Shown here: in pieces, positions 26,554-35,317 of the stretch
How the letters are laid out: every line of letters begins with the position of its first letter
Position numbering within the stretch: position 1 is the stretch's first letter
Assembly: GCA_035534995.1 (NCBI GenBank)
Contig: DATLQX010000150.1
Location: 9,459 to 73,458, forward strand
Source: Chloroflexota bacterium
Lineage (GTDB): Bacteria > Chloroflexota > UBA5177 > JANWHV01
Direction of reading: 5' to 3'
Length of the DNA stretch: 64,000 bases
Notes under the pieces: generated by a model
Seen by the model: the letters and a program-made list of their open reading frames with translations, nothing else
The model's database searches: none
Told to the model about the DNA's origin: nothing
Translations under genes and position numbers: made by a program

Positions 26554-27551
26554 CCCCGATTCTGCAAATCGCCGTTCCCAGCAAGGGAGCGATGGAGGAG
26601 CCGACGCTCCGCTTTCTCGGTGATTGCGGGCTGAAGGTGCGTCGGACTAATTCCCGCCAGTACAGTGCTCCCATGGGCTCGGGCGCGTTCCTCCAGGCCG
26701 TGTTCCAGCGCGCGGCGGACATCCCGCGGAAGTTGGCCACCGGCCTGGTGGATGTGGGGATCACCGGTTTTGACATCTTCTCCGAGCATATGGGTGATAC
26801 GCGGGACGTCATCGTCGCGGTGGAGGACCTGGGCTTCGCCCGCTGCTCCCTGGATCTGGCCGTGCCGGAGGCCTGGTTGGATGTCACCAACATGGAAGAT
26901 CTGGTGGATGTCGCGGCGGAGTTTCAGCATCGGGGGAGGCCGCTCCGGATCGCCACCAAATTCCCCCGCCTGGTTCGCCACTTCCTGCTTGGTCGCGGCC
27001 TGGTTAGCCATTCTCTGGTGGAAGGGACCGGAGCCCTGGAAATCGCGCCCGCCATGGGCTACGCGGACATCATCGCGGACATCAGCGAAACCGGTACTAC
27101 CCTCCGGGCCAATCATCTCAAGCCACTGGCCGACGGCGCCATCTTGCGCTCGCAGGCATGCCTGCTTGTCAATCGCGCCCGCCTCGCGTCCTCGCCCACC
27201 CGGCTGGAGGCCCTACGTGGCGTACTGGAGATGATCGAGGCTCACCAAAGAGCACGGGAGCTCGTGAGTATCACCGCGAACGTGGAAGGCGGCGACATGA
27301 GGCAGGTGGCCCAGACGGTGCTGCGGCGGCGGGATCTGGCCGGAATGCGCGGTCCGACGCTTACCCCAGTCTTTGACCCGGATTGTCCGGATCGGGTGTT
27401 CGCGGTCACCCTGGTGGTGGCGACCAGCCAACTGGCGGAAGCAAAGGATCATCTGCGCGCCTGCGGCGGCGGGGCGATTACCGTGCAGAGTCCGCTCTAC
27501 GTGTTCGAGCGGGAGTCAACGCTCTACGCGAGGTTACGCGAGAAGTTATAG
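26550..27551 (+). CDS. hisG: ATP phosphoribosyltransferase, long form (with HisG_C regulatory domain)
   Basis: LQIAVPSKGAMEEPTLRFL, VDVGITGFD and DIIADISETGTTLRAN are present. A C-terminal ~90-aa ACT-like domain runs from ITANVEGGD to the end. GTG 26550 is the preferred start. Confidence 0.88.
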   Translation: MTPILQIAVPSKGAMEEPTLRFLGDCGLKVRRTNSRQYSAPMGSGAFLQAVFQRAADIPRKLATGLVDVGITGFDIFSEHMGDTRDVIVAVEDLGFARCSLDLAVPEAWLDVTNMEDLVDVAAEFQHRGRPLRIATKFPRLVRHFLLGRGLVSHSLVEGTGALEIAPAMGYADIIADISETGTTLRANHLKPLADGAILRSQACLLVNRARLASSPTRLEALRGVLEMIEAHQRARELVSITANVEGGDMRQVAQTVLRRRDLAGMRGPTLTPVFDPDCPDRVFAVTLVVATSQLAEAKDHLRACGGGAITVQSPLYVFERESTLYARLREKL

Positions 27552-27576
27552 CGGGCGGGCGAACAGCCGGCGCTCA

Positions 27577-28902
27577 TCAGGAGACTCGCCACCCGGCCGG
27601 ACGCTCCGGCGTTCGCCGTCTGCCGTCATATAACTCAAGCACGACTTGCGAGAGTTTCTGCGCGTCGTGCCGCAGAGCATTGTGGGTATCCACCACGTCA
27701 TGCTCGATCACTTGAATGTCCCGACCGACGACCGGCGTGCCAGGGCGTACAACCTGGCTCTTCCAGACTCCCGGCTTCTCCGCTCGATAGTTGGAGTTGG
27801 TGATCACCACGTCAAACAACCGTCGACCGACATGACTCTCGATTGCCTTCACGAAGTCCCAGGCCGTGAAGCCATCGGTTTCTCCTGGTTCGGTGGCAAC
27901 ATTGCACACGAATACCTTGAGCGAGGCTTTCGACTCTTCAATGGCTTGGGCAATCCCAGGAACCAACAGATTCGGCATGATGCTCGTATAGAGACTCCCA
28001 GGGCCAATCACGATCACATCCGCTTCTCGTATCTCGGTAATTGCCTTGGCGTTGGCCTCCGGCGCCTCCGGCAAGAGGAATACGCGGTCGATCGGTGACT
28101 TGCCATTGGCCAGAACGGATTCGCCTTCCACGGTGGATTGATCGCGCAAGGAGGCGGCAAGCGTGACATCCTGTAAGGTGGAGGGAAGGATTTTCCCTCG
28201 CACCGCCAGGACGCTATTTGTTGCCTCAAGGGCCCCTTCAAAGCTGCCGGTAATGTCGGCCATGGCGGCGATGAACAAGTTGCCGAAACTATGACCTTCT
28301 AGACCCGACCCCTTCTTGAACCGATATTGCAACAACTCCACCATCATGTCCTCAACGTCCGCCAGCGCCGCGATACATTGGCGGAAGTCGCCCGGCGGCA
28401 GGATGCGCAATTCACGGCGGAGGCGGCCTGAGCTGCCGCCATCATCGGCCACCGTGACCACCACGGTAAGGTTCCGCGAGTAAGTGCGGAGGCCATGCAG
28501 GAGTAGCGACATCCCGGTGCCGCCTCCAATGGCCGTGATCCTGGGACCACGCTGCAGCAACTTATGCTGCGCTACCGCGCCGATGACCGAGATTTTGGGT
28601 GAGCTTGTCTTGCCGTTGATCTGGGGTATCACAGCCACAATGACCCGGTTGAGATGGCGTAGGGCCAGGACAATGGCCAGAATCCCAACAGTGAGGAACA
28701 ATGCCCCGCGGAGGGTGTGATCGATCCATTGAAGGGTAATGTCATAGATGTAAGGGGAAGCCCAGCTGGGAAATGGATATTGCCGATACAGGGCCAGCAA
28801 GATATAGTCGATACCGAGGAGAATGACCAACATTCCGAAGCCGAAGACAACTAACCATCGCTTGATGGTGCTGCCTGGAGCCATCCAGGCCGGGATAGTC
28901 AA
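27577..28902 (-). CDS. yvcK: YvcK/CofD-family gluconeogenesis-morphogenesis factor with N-terminal membrane anchor
   Basis: ITAIGGGTGMSLLLHGLR and VVTVADDGGSSGRLRRE are YvcK (UPF0052) signatures. They are preceded by ~100 aa with 2-3 hydrophobic helices. The TTG start at 28902 has AAGGAG 7 nt upstream. Confidence 0.85.
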   Translation of the reverse strand: MTIPAWMAPGSTIKRWLVVFGFGMLVILLGIDYILLALYRQYPFPSWASPYIYDITLQWIDHTLRGALFLTVGILAIVLALRHLNRVIVAVIPQINGKTSSPKISVIGAVAQHKLLQRGPRITAIGGGTGMSLLLHGLRTYSRNLTVVVTVADDGGSSGRLRRELRILPPGDFRQCIAALADVEDMMVELLQYRFKKGSGLEGHSFGNLFIAAMADITGSFEGALEATNSVLAVRGKILPSTLQDVTLAASLRDQSTVEGESVLANGKSPIDRVFLLPEAPEANAKAITEIREADVIVIGPGSLYTSIMPNLLVPGIAQAIEESKASLKVFVCNVATEPGETDGFTAWDFVKAIESHVGRRLFDVVITNSNYRAEKPGVWKSQVVRPGTPVVGRDIQVIEHDVVDTHNALRHDAQKLSQVVLELYDGRRRTPERPAGWRVS

Positions 28903-29123
28903 TGCATTGCTCCTTCACCTGTGGATGGCCGCGCCGCCGCCTCTGTCACAACTAGCCCATCTTCCACTCTAACAGGGGGATCATGGTATGTCAAACATGC
29001 TACGTCCCACGCCACCGGAGCCCTCGTTCCGCCTATGATATACTTTTCATATTCGTGCCGCGCGCGACGCGGTGGACTGTTCGAGGATTTTCCGTCATTA
29101 GCCCTTACAGGGGAGCAACTCAG

Positions 29124-29636
29124 GTGGCCATTCGTCCAATTCTTACCAGCGAAAAGCCGCTTCTGCATCAGCGGGCACGGCCAATCGCGCGCGTCGACAT
29201 CGCCCTGCGCCGGCTCTTGCGTGATATGGTGGACACCATGCGCGACGCCCCTGGGGTGGGGCTGGCCGGACCACAAATCGGGGTTCCGCTGCGGGTGGTG
29301 GTGATCGAATACGAGCAAACCCTCTATAAGCTGATCAATCCGGAGATCACCTGGTTTTCCTCCGAGCGCGTGGTGGCCGATGAGGGATGCCTGAGCATCC
29401 CCGGCTATATCGGTGCCGTCGAGCGATCCGAGCGGGTTAAAGTCAGGGCCAAGAATGAGCAAGGCAAGGCCATCAGCCTCACTCCCGAGGGTTGGTTGGC
29501 CCGCATCTTCCAACATGAAGTTGATCACCTGGATGGCATCCTGTTCCCTGATCGGATGGCCCTCGGCGAACGCCTGCGCCCCGCTCCGGACGAGGACGTT
29601 GACCAGCCGGCCGAACAGGTTGCCTCGGGGCAATAG
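29124..29636 (+). CDS. def: Peptide deformylase
   Basis: GVGLAGPQIG, EGCLSIPG and QHEVDHLDG are the three PDF motifs. GTG 29124 with GGGGAG upstream gives the canonical ~170-aa length. Confidence 0.9.
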   Translation: MAIRPILTSEKPLLHQRARPIARVDIALRRLLRDMVDTMRDAPGVGLAGPQIGVPLRVVVIEYEQTLYKLINPEITWFSSERVVADEGCLSIPGYIGAVERSERVKVRAKNEQGKAISLTPEGWLARIFQHEVDHLDGILFPDRMALGERLRPAPDEDVDQPAEQVASGQ

Positions 29637-29643
29637 GGCGCGG

Positions 29644-30969
29644 TCACTCCCTCTCGCCCACCAGGCTCGCGGCCAGCCCAACGCGAAGGGTACGTATACC
29701 TTTCGCGGCCAGTTCCTGGCTGGCCCGGGCATCCATGACCCCCCTGCCATCCAATACCACCTGAATACCGGGAAAGGCGGAGAGGTCCAGGGCCCGATAG
29801 GCATCGTGGTTGGCTTGCAGGATCACGGCGTCCACCTCCGGGAGAGGAGAAAGGGAGACCGGTTGAATCTTGAGCGCCCTTTGCTCCTCCAGAGTCAATA
29901 ATGGATCGTGGCCGAGGACGATGGCACCCCGATGGCGCAGCTCCCGCGAGAGCTTTTTAGCGCTGGTGTGCGCGCTCTCCTTTACGTTCTCCCGGTAGGC
30001 CAGACCCAAAATCAACACATGCAGACCCGCGAGTCCCCCGAGTGCCTCCTCCAGAAGGTCTACCCCGTGCGCCGCCATTGAGTCATTGATGGCCCGAGCA
30101 AGGGGCGGCAAACGGAACTCATCCCACTTACTAAAAAGGAAATACGGGTAGACGGGGATACAGTGTCCACCCACCCCTACGCTAGGTTGGTGTACATGCG
30201 AGAAGGGCTGGGAGTTCGCGGCCACGATCACCTCTTGCACGTCGAGTCCCTCGCGTTCGGCGTACAGGGCGAACTCGTTGGCCAGGGCGATATTCACATC
30301 GCGATAGGTGGTTTCCACCAGTTTTGTGTATTCCGCCGCCTCGGCGGAACTCAGGGCCCGCACTTCCGCTTGCAGGACCGACTGGTAGAAGCGGAGTGCC
30401 GCCTGGGTGCTGGCCTGGTCCACGCCGCCCACGATTTTCGGGTAGCGCGCCAGGTCACGGAAAATCCGTCCAGAATAGACTCGTTCGGGGCTGAAGGCAA
30501 GCTGAAAATCGGCTCCCGCCACCAGGTGGGAGGCCGATTGCAGGAGTTGGGCCAGCCGGCCCCTGGTGGTTCCCACCGGAAGGGTGGTCTCGTACACAAC
30601 CAGAGTACCTGGTCGGAGCCCCGCGCCGGCACTTAGAGTCGCCGCGTCGATGTGATGGTAGTCCACCTCACGGGAGTCGGTCAGGGCCACCGGGACGATG
30701 ATCACGATCACGGACGCGGCGGCGGCGGCGGCGGCGGTGTCGGTGGTCGCCCGGAGTCGTCCTTCCCCATGTACGCGACGTAACGCCTCGGCCAGCCCCT
30801 GCTCGGAGTCAAAGGGGGCGCTACCGTGATTCACCGCGTCCACCACGTCAACGGCAACGTCGCAGCCGATTACCTCGCGGCCGGCGAGGGCGCACTGAAC
30901 CGCAAGTGGGAGGCCAATTTTTCCCAGGCCGACCACGCAAACCACGCCGCTCCCGCTTGTTTCAGTCAC
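29644..30969 (-). CDS. Nucleotide-sugar 6-dehydrogenase (UDP-glucose/GDP-mannose dehydrogenase family; WbpA/WecC-like)
   Basis: VCVVGLGKIGLPLAV is the Rossmann motif, and GVGGHCIPVYPYF contains the catalytic Cys. The N-domain holds an Ala7 tract. Confidence 0.85.
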   Translation of the reverse strand: MTETSGSGVVCVVGLGKIGLPLAVQCALAGREVIGCDVAVDVVDAVNHGSAPFDSEQGLAEALRRVHGEGRLRATTDTAAAAAAASVIVIIVPVALTDSREVDYHHIDAATLSAGAGLRPGTLVVYETTLPVGTTRGRLAQLLQSASHLVAGADFQLAFSPERVYSGRIFRDLARYPKIVGGVDQASTQAALRFYQSVLQAEVRALSSAEAAEYTKLVETTYRDVNIALANEFALYAEREGLDVQEVIVAANSQPFSHVHQPSVGVGGHCIPVYPYFLFSKWDEFRLPPLARAINDSMAAHGVDLLEEALGGLAGLHVLILGLAYRENVKESAHTSAKKLSRELRHRGAIVLGHDPLLTLEEQRALKIQPVSLSPLPEVDAVILQANHDAYRALDLSAFPGIQVVLDGRGVMDARASQELAAKGIRTLRVGLAASLVGERE

Positions 30970-32015
30970 CCAACACCTCCCTGGCTGGCGGCCGCGACCG
31001 CGGATCCCGCCCGGCCAGATTCTACAATCAGCGTGGCCAGCCGGAGCGCCTCCAGCCCATCCTCGGCTGTCACCAAAACGGGCTCGGCGGTCCCTGGGTC
31101 ACCGGCGAACCAATTGTTCCGCGTCCGTCCGACGGCCATGGCGAATTGCTCAAGCTCAACCCGCAGCGGCTCGCGCTTCTCCACCTTGTAGCGGGTCATG
31201 CTACCTTCGCTGACACCGGTCAGATTCTGCAAGGTTCCCCATTGGGTCGCCGCGTAATCGTTGGCATAGAAATACAAATCCTGGACCAGATAGTCCACCA
31301 CGAACATCCCCCGCTCTCCGGTGAGGGTCAAGGTACGTACCTTGGTGGGAGTCAGCCAGTTTATGTCAAGAGAGGCAATTACTCCATTGGCGAAACGAAG
31401 TTGGCCGCAGAGCAAGTCCTCATGGGCGCTGTGGATGCGCCGCTCGGTTTCGGCGAACACCCGAATCACCTCGGTCCCGATCAGGAACCGCAGCACATCG
31501 ATGTCGTGCGTGGCCAGGTCAAGCACCACCCCGACATCCTGCACGCGGGCCGGAAACGGCCCCAGGCGTCGAACATGAGCGAGAAACATGCGACCCAACT
31601 CGCCCGTATCGAGCCGCCGCTTGAGTTCGATGATCGCTGGATTAAAGTGCTCCACGTGACCCACCGCCAGCAGCGCCCCGTGGCGGATCGCCAAAGAGGC
31701 AAGTTCGCGCGCCTGGTCCACGCTGGCAGCGATCGGTTTTTCGATGAGCGACGCGATCCCGGCCCGGAGAACGTCCCCCGCCACCGCGTGATGGGCGAGT
31801 GTGGGAACGGCTACCACGACGAAATCCGGGCTCGTGCTGTCCAGCAAATCCTGGTGGCGGGCGAACGCGGCCACGCCGAACCGGCGCACGGCTGCCTGCC
31901 GTCGGACCGGATCCTCTTCTACCATGCCCACCACCTCGATCCCATCCATCTCGGACAGCACCCTGAGGTGGTTGCGGCCCATCACGCCGCACCCGATAAC
32001 CGCCGCCTTTAGCAC
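30966..32015 (-). CDS. Gfo/Idh/MocA family oxidoreductase (WbpB-like sugar 3-dehydrogenase)
   Basis: KAAVIGCGVMGRNHLRVL and SLIEKPIA (EKP motif) are present. It overlaps both neighbours by 4 and 7 nt. Confidence 0.85.
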   Translation of the reverse strand: MLKAAVIGCGVMGRNHLRVLSEMDGIEVVGMVEEDPVRRQAAVRRFGVAAFARHQDLLDSTSPDFVVVAVPTLAHHAVAGDVLRAGIASLIEKPIAASVDQARELASLAIRHGALLAVGHVEHFNPAIIELKRRLDTGELGRMFLAHVRRLGPFPARVQDVGVVLDLATHDIDVLRFLIGTEVIRVFAETERRIHSAHEDLLCGQLRFANGVIASLDINWLTPTKVRTLTLTGERGMFVVDYLVQDLYFYANDYAATQWGTLQNLTGVSEGSMTRYKVEKREPLRVELEQFAMAVGRTRNNWFAGDPGTAEPVLVTAEDGLEALRLATLIVESGRAGSAVAAASQGGVG

Positions 32016-33082
32016 AGGGCCCGGACCTCCCGCACGATAGTCTCCAGATCCTGTTCGCTAAGTTGAGGGTGTACGGGGAGACATAGCACCTCGCGCGCCG
32101 CCCGCTCCGACTCAAGCAGAGAATCCTGGAACCCACGCTCAAGGTACAGGGGCTGTTGGTGGACAGGGATAGGATAGTGGACGGCGGTTCCAACTCCCCG
32201 TTCGCGGAGAGCCGCCGCCACCGCGTCACGCCGGCCGTCCGGGACGCGGATTGTGTATTGATGATACACGTGCGTGTACCCCGGCGCGACATACGGCGTC
32301 TCCACCGCCCCTTTCAGCCCTTGGTCGAGGAAGCGGGCATTAGCCTGCCGTTTCCGGGTGAACTCCTCCAGGCGATGCAATTGCGCCAGGCCAATCGCGG
32401 CATGGATGTCGGTCATCCTCAGATTGTAGCCAAGAATCTCATGCCGGTACCGCTCGCTCTGGCCATGGTTGCGTAACCGCCGTACCCGTTCCGCCAGTTC
32501 GGGATCGGCGGTGGTCAACATGCCGCCTTCCACCGAGGTAATGTTCTTGGTCGGATAAAGGGAAAAGTTCCCGGTGCCAAAGGTTCCTACCGGTTGCCCA
32601 TGAACGCTCGCCCCGTGGGCCTGCGCCGCGTCCTCCGAGACATACAGATGATGCCGCACCGCGAGTTCCATCAGGGCCGGCATATCGGCGGGATAACCGT
32701 ACAGGTGGACCGGCATGATCGCCTTGGTCCGGTCGGAGATCTTCCGCGCGACCTCCGCCGGGTTCAGATTAAAGGTCTTGGGATCGATATCCGCGAAGAC
32801 GGGTTTCGCGCCTACGTAAAGTATCGAATTGGCCGAGGCGATAAAGGTGAAAGGCGAGGTAATCACCTCGTCTCCTGGCCCCAGGCCGAGGCCCAGGAGA
32901 TTGAGGTGTAGCGACGCGGTGCCGGACGATGAGGCGACCGCGTATTTGGCGCCAATCGCGGTCGCGAATTGCTCCTCGAACGCCGCCACCCGAGCGCCCT
33001 GGGCGATTTGGCCGGAACGCAGCACCGCAAGAACGGCTGTTTCCTCGTCCACGCCAAAGGTGGGTTTGACCACCTGAATCAT
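32009..33082 (-). CDS. DegT/DnrJ/EryC1/StrS family PLP-dependent sugar aminotransferase (WbpE-like)
   Basis: The sequence spans the family from N to C terminus: ...FEEQFATAIGAKYAVASSSGTASLHL..., FSLYPTKNITSVEGGML (PLP Lys region) and LCLPVHPQLSEQD. Confidence 0.9.
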   Translation of the reverse strand: MIQVVKPTFGVDEETAVLAVLRSGQIAQGARVAAFEEQFATAIGAKYAVASSSGTASLHLNLLGLGLGPGDEVITSPFTFIASANSILYVGAKPVFADIDPKTFNLNPAEVARKISDRTKAIMPVHLYGYPADMPALMELAVRHHLYVSEDAAQAHGASVHGQPVGTFGTGNFSLYPTKNITSVEGGMLTTADPELAERVRRLRNHGQSERYRHEILGYNLRMTDIHAAIGLAQLHRLEEFTRKRQANARFLDQGLKGAVETPYVAPGYTHVYHQYTIRVPDGRRDAVAAALRERGVGTAVHYPIPVHQQPLYLERGFQDSLLESERAAREVLCLPVHPQLSEQDLETIVREVRALC

Positions 33083-33173
33083 CTATGTATCCTTTCCCAC
33101 GGCAGGCCGAGGAATCAAGGCGACTACCCGCGGCCACGCCATACCGTGCGCGGCCCCTAATGGCAGTTACGCC

Positions 33174-33773
33174 CTACTCAATTGGAAGTTCTGTTTCGCG
33201 ACCACAGCGGGCACAGGCCCCTACCTGGCCGGCGATGGGCAGTCCGGAGCCCACGAAGGTTAACTTTCCGCCGCAGGCACAGACGTAGCCGGCAAGCCTC
33301 GCAGGATTCCCGATCACCAGGCCGTACGCGGGCACCGAACGGGTGACCACGGCTCCAGCGCCCACGAGGGCGAAACGCCCGATCGTCACCCCCGGCAAAA
33401 TTATCGCGCCGGCACCAATCGCGCACCCATACTGAAGAAGAATTGGCCCCACTTGCCAATCATCGGCCGTCTTCAGTGTCCCCTCCGGGGTAATGGCCCT
33501 GGGCAACCGGTCATTCGTGATGCAGCAATGAGGACCGAGGAACACCCCATCCTCGAGCGTGGCGCCATGGAACACGCTGACATTGTTTTGAATCTTGCAT
33601 CGGTTCCCAATACGCACGTCGAAATCGACGTAGACGTTCTTGCCAAGGATACATTCGGCCCCGATGCGCGTGTCCTCCCGCACCTGGACCCCTTGCCAGA
33701 TACGAGTTAGGGCGCCAATGGTAGCTTTTGGCGATACGTCGGCGGTTGGATGAATCTGGACCGTTTCGTTCAC
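33174..33773 (-). CDS. Left-handed beta-helix N-acetyltransferase (WbpD/WlbB-like)
   Basis: Hexapeptide repeats are present (IHPTADVSPKATIG..., IGNRCKIQNNVSVF). FLGPHCCITND, GNPARLAGYV and a C-terminal CxCG...CxxCG tail match what I recall for this family. Confidence 0.85.
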   Translation of the reverse strand: MNETVQIHPTADVSPKATIGALTRIWQGVQVREDTRIGAECILGKNVYVDFDVRIGNRCKIQNNVSVFHGATLEDGVFLGPHCCITNDRLPRAITPEGTLKTADDWQVGPILLQYGCAIGAGAIILPGVTIGRFALVGAGAVVTRSVPAYGLVIGNPARLAGYVCACGGKLTFVGSGLPIAGQVGACARCGRETELPIE

Positions 33774-33791
33774 GTAGGGATTATAGCATCG

Positions 33792-35015
33792 TCAATCCGA
33801 TTTCGATCCTGATCGAATCAGACGCAGCACGTCGCCCACTACGCGATCGGCGTCATGGTGGGCCTCCACGAACTCCCGCGCGGCCTGGCCAAGGCGGTCC
33901 CGGAGGGCGGCGTCGGCTATCGCCTGCCTCAGATTCTCGACCACGGTAGCGGGATTGGTGCTGAGCACCGGAACATTGGCAACCCCATGAGCGCGTTCAA
34001 GGTCGGAACTGATATAGGTCAAAACACACTTACCCAGGGCCATGGCCTCTAGGGTGAGAAGTCCGTACCAACCGGCCATCAGTTGATCGACCACGATATC
34101 ACAGCGTTCGAGCTCCTCGCGAATCTCCGTGTGAGGCCGGTTGTGTAAGACCACGAAATCGAACTCGACCCCTTCGTCGCGCAGTTGCGCGATCGCCCAG
34201 TTGACGTACTTCGTCCCCTTGATCCCAGTGTGGCTGGGCGCGTGTACCACCCTGGGACGCGGATTATCCGCCCGAACCGGCGTCCATTGGCGGATATCGA
34301 GCGGGAACCAGAAATACGCATACTCCGACAGATATTGCGCGTACTCCGGCTGGGCTAGAACCAGATCCGCGTAGCGGGCGGCTTTGCGGGCGCGTGCCTG
34401 CTTCTCCGCGGCCACGCAGCGCTCCGTGCAGTCGGTGCAGGTGGCGAACGGACGTCCGAGGGGAAGTACGGCGTCCCTAGCCCGGATATCACAGCCGAGA
34501 AAAACCATCACCACCGTCCTCCGCAGGAATCGTAGCAGCGGCAAGTCGCGATTTTGCAGGTCCATGGAGCCGCCGAAGACGAAAATGAAGGTGTCATGGG
34601 TCAGAATGGTCCGCAAAACCAAAAGGATGCCGAGCAGTGTGTGCTCGCGTCGAGATGCGCTGGCGAGCCCGACATACTCCACGCGCCGGGGGAAGAGAAC
34701 CGCCTTGTACGGTCGGAGTCGTCGCCGGACCCTCGCCAGGAAGGAGGACGAAGGGCCGGCGCCGTCTTGCCCGGAATCGTAGAATGGATGCGTTTCCCAT
34801 GAAATCATGGTCGAGGCGATGTTCCGCCGCGCCAGAGCATCTTGCAGGGCTGGGTTCAGGGTGCCAATCTGGAACATCCCGATCAGGACGCGGCGCGGGC
34901 GGCGGCGGGATAGCGCCCGCCTCGTTATCGCCCGAAGCCGGCGCCCAAGCGGGTCGGCCCAGCGCAAGGGTTCAACTTGTTTCATCACGAAGTCCGCCGT
35001 GCTCCTGTGTCGCAT
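33792..35015 (-). CDS. GT-B-fold glycosyltransferase-like protein (divergent)
   Basis: The C-terminal half looks like a GT1/GT4 nucleotide-sugar domain: VVHAPSHTGIKGTKYV and CDIVVDQLMAGWYGLLTLEAMALGKCVL. The N-terminal half is Arg-rich with no clear family. The start is ATG 35015 or 34985. Confidence 0.55.
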   Translation of the reverse strand: MRHRSTADFVMKQVEPLRWADPLGRRLRAITRRALSRRRPRRVLIGMFQIGTLNPALQDALARRNIASTMISWETHPFYDSGQDGAGPSSSFLARVRRRLRPYKAVLFPRRVEYVGLASASRREHTLLGILLVLRTILTHDTFIFVFGGSMDLQNRDLPLLRFLRRTVVMVFLGCDIRARDAVLPLGRPFATCTDCTERCVAAEKQARARKAARYADLVLAQPEYAQYLSEYAYFWFPLDIRQWTPVRADNPRPRVVHAPSHTGIKGTKYVNWAIAQLRDEGVEFDFVVLHNRPHTEIREELERCDIVVDQLMAGWYGLLTLEAMALGKCVLTYISSDLERAHGVANVPVLSTNPATVVENLRQAIADAALRDRLGQAAREFVEAHHDADRVVGDVLRLIRSGSKSD

Positions 35016-35317
35016 TTTACTTCAACCGCCATGGAATGTCCGCCGTGTGCGTAACCGTCTGCCCCTACACCATACCAGCTCCAACTGTGTGGCCTATAAA
35101 CACCAGCATGGTCGGATTTGAGTGTACCGGTGCCGCCTGGTAAGGATTACCGGCCGGACAGATGGGCCCGTGGGAGAAGTGCTCTCGTCCTCGCGCACGG
35201 CGCGCACGCGGCGGCCAATTCCGTCTTTCCCCAGCGCGCGGGCGCGGCTACAATGGGGTCTGGGTCGAATCGAGGACCTGCTGGCGACCCAGATATGCCT
35301 ATGATGGGAACGAATAC

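Noticed and set aside
33174-33260. CxCG...CxxCG cysteine cluster at the C-terminus of the WbpD-like acetyltransferase, considered as a novel zinc-ribbon fusion
   Set aside because: From memory, many WbpD/WlbB-type acetyltransferases end with a similar small Cys-rich tail, so it is probably a family feature rather than a novelty.
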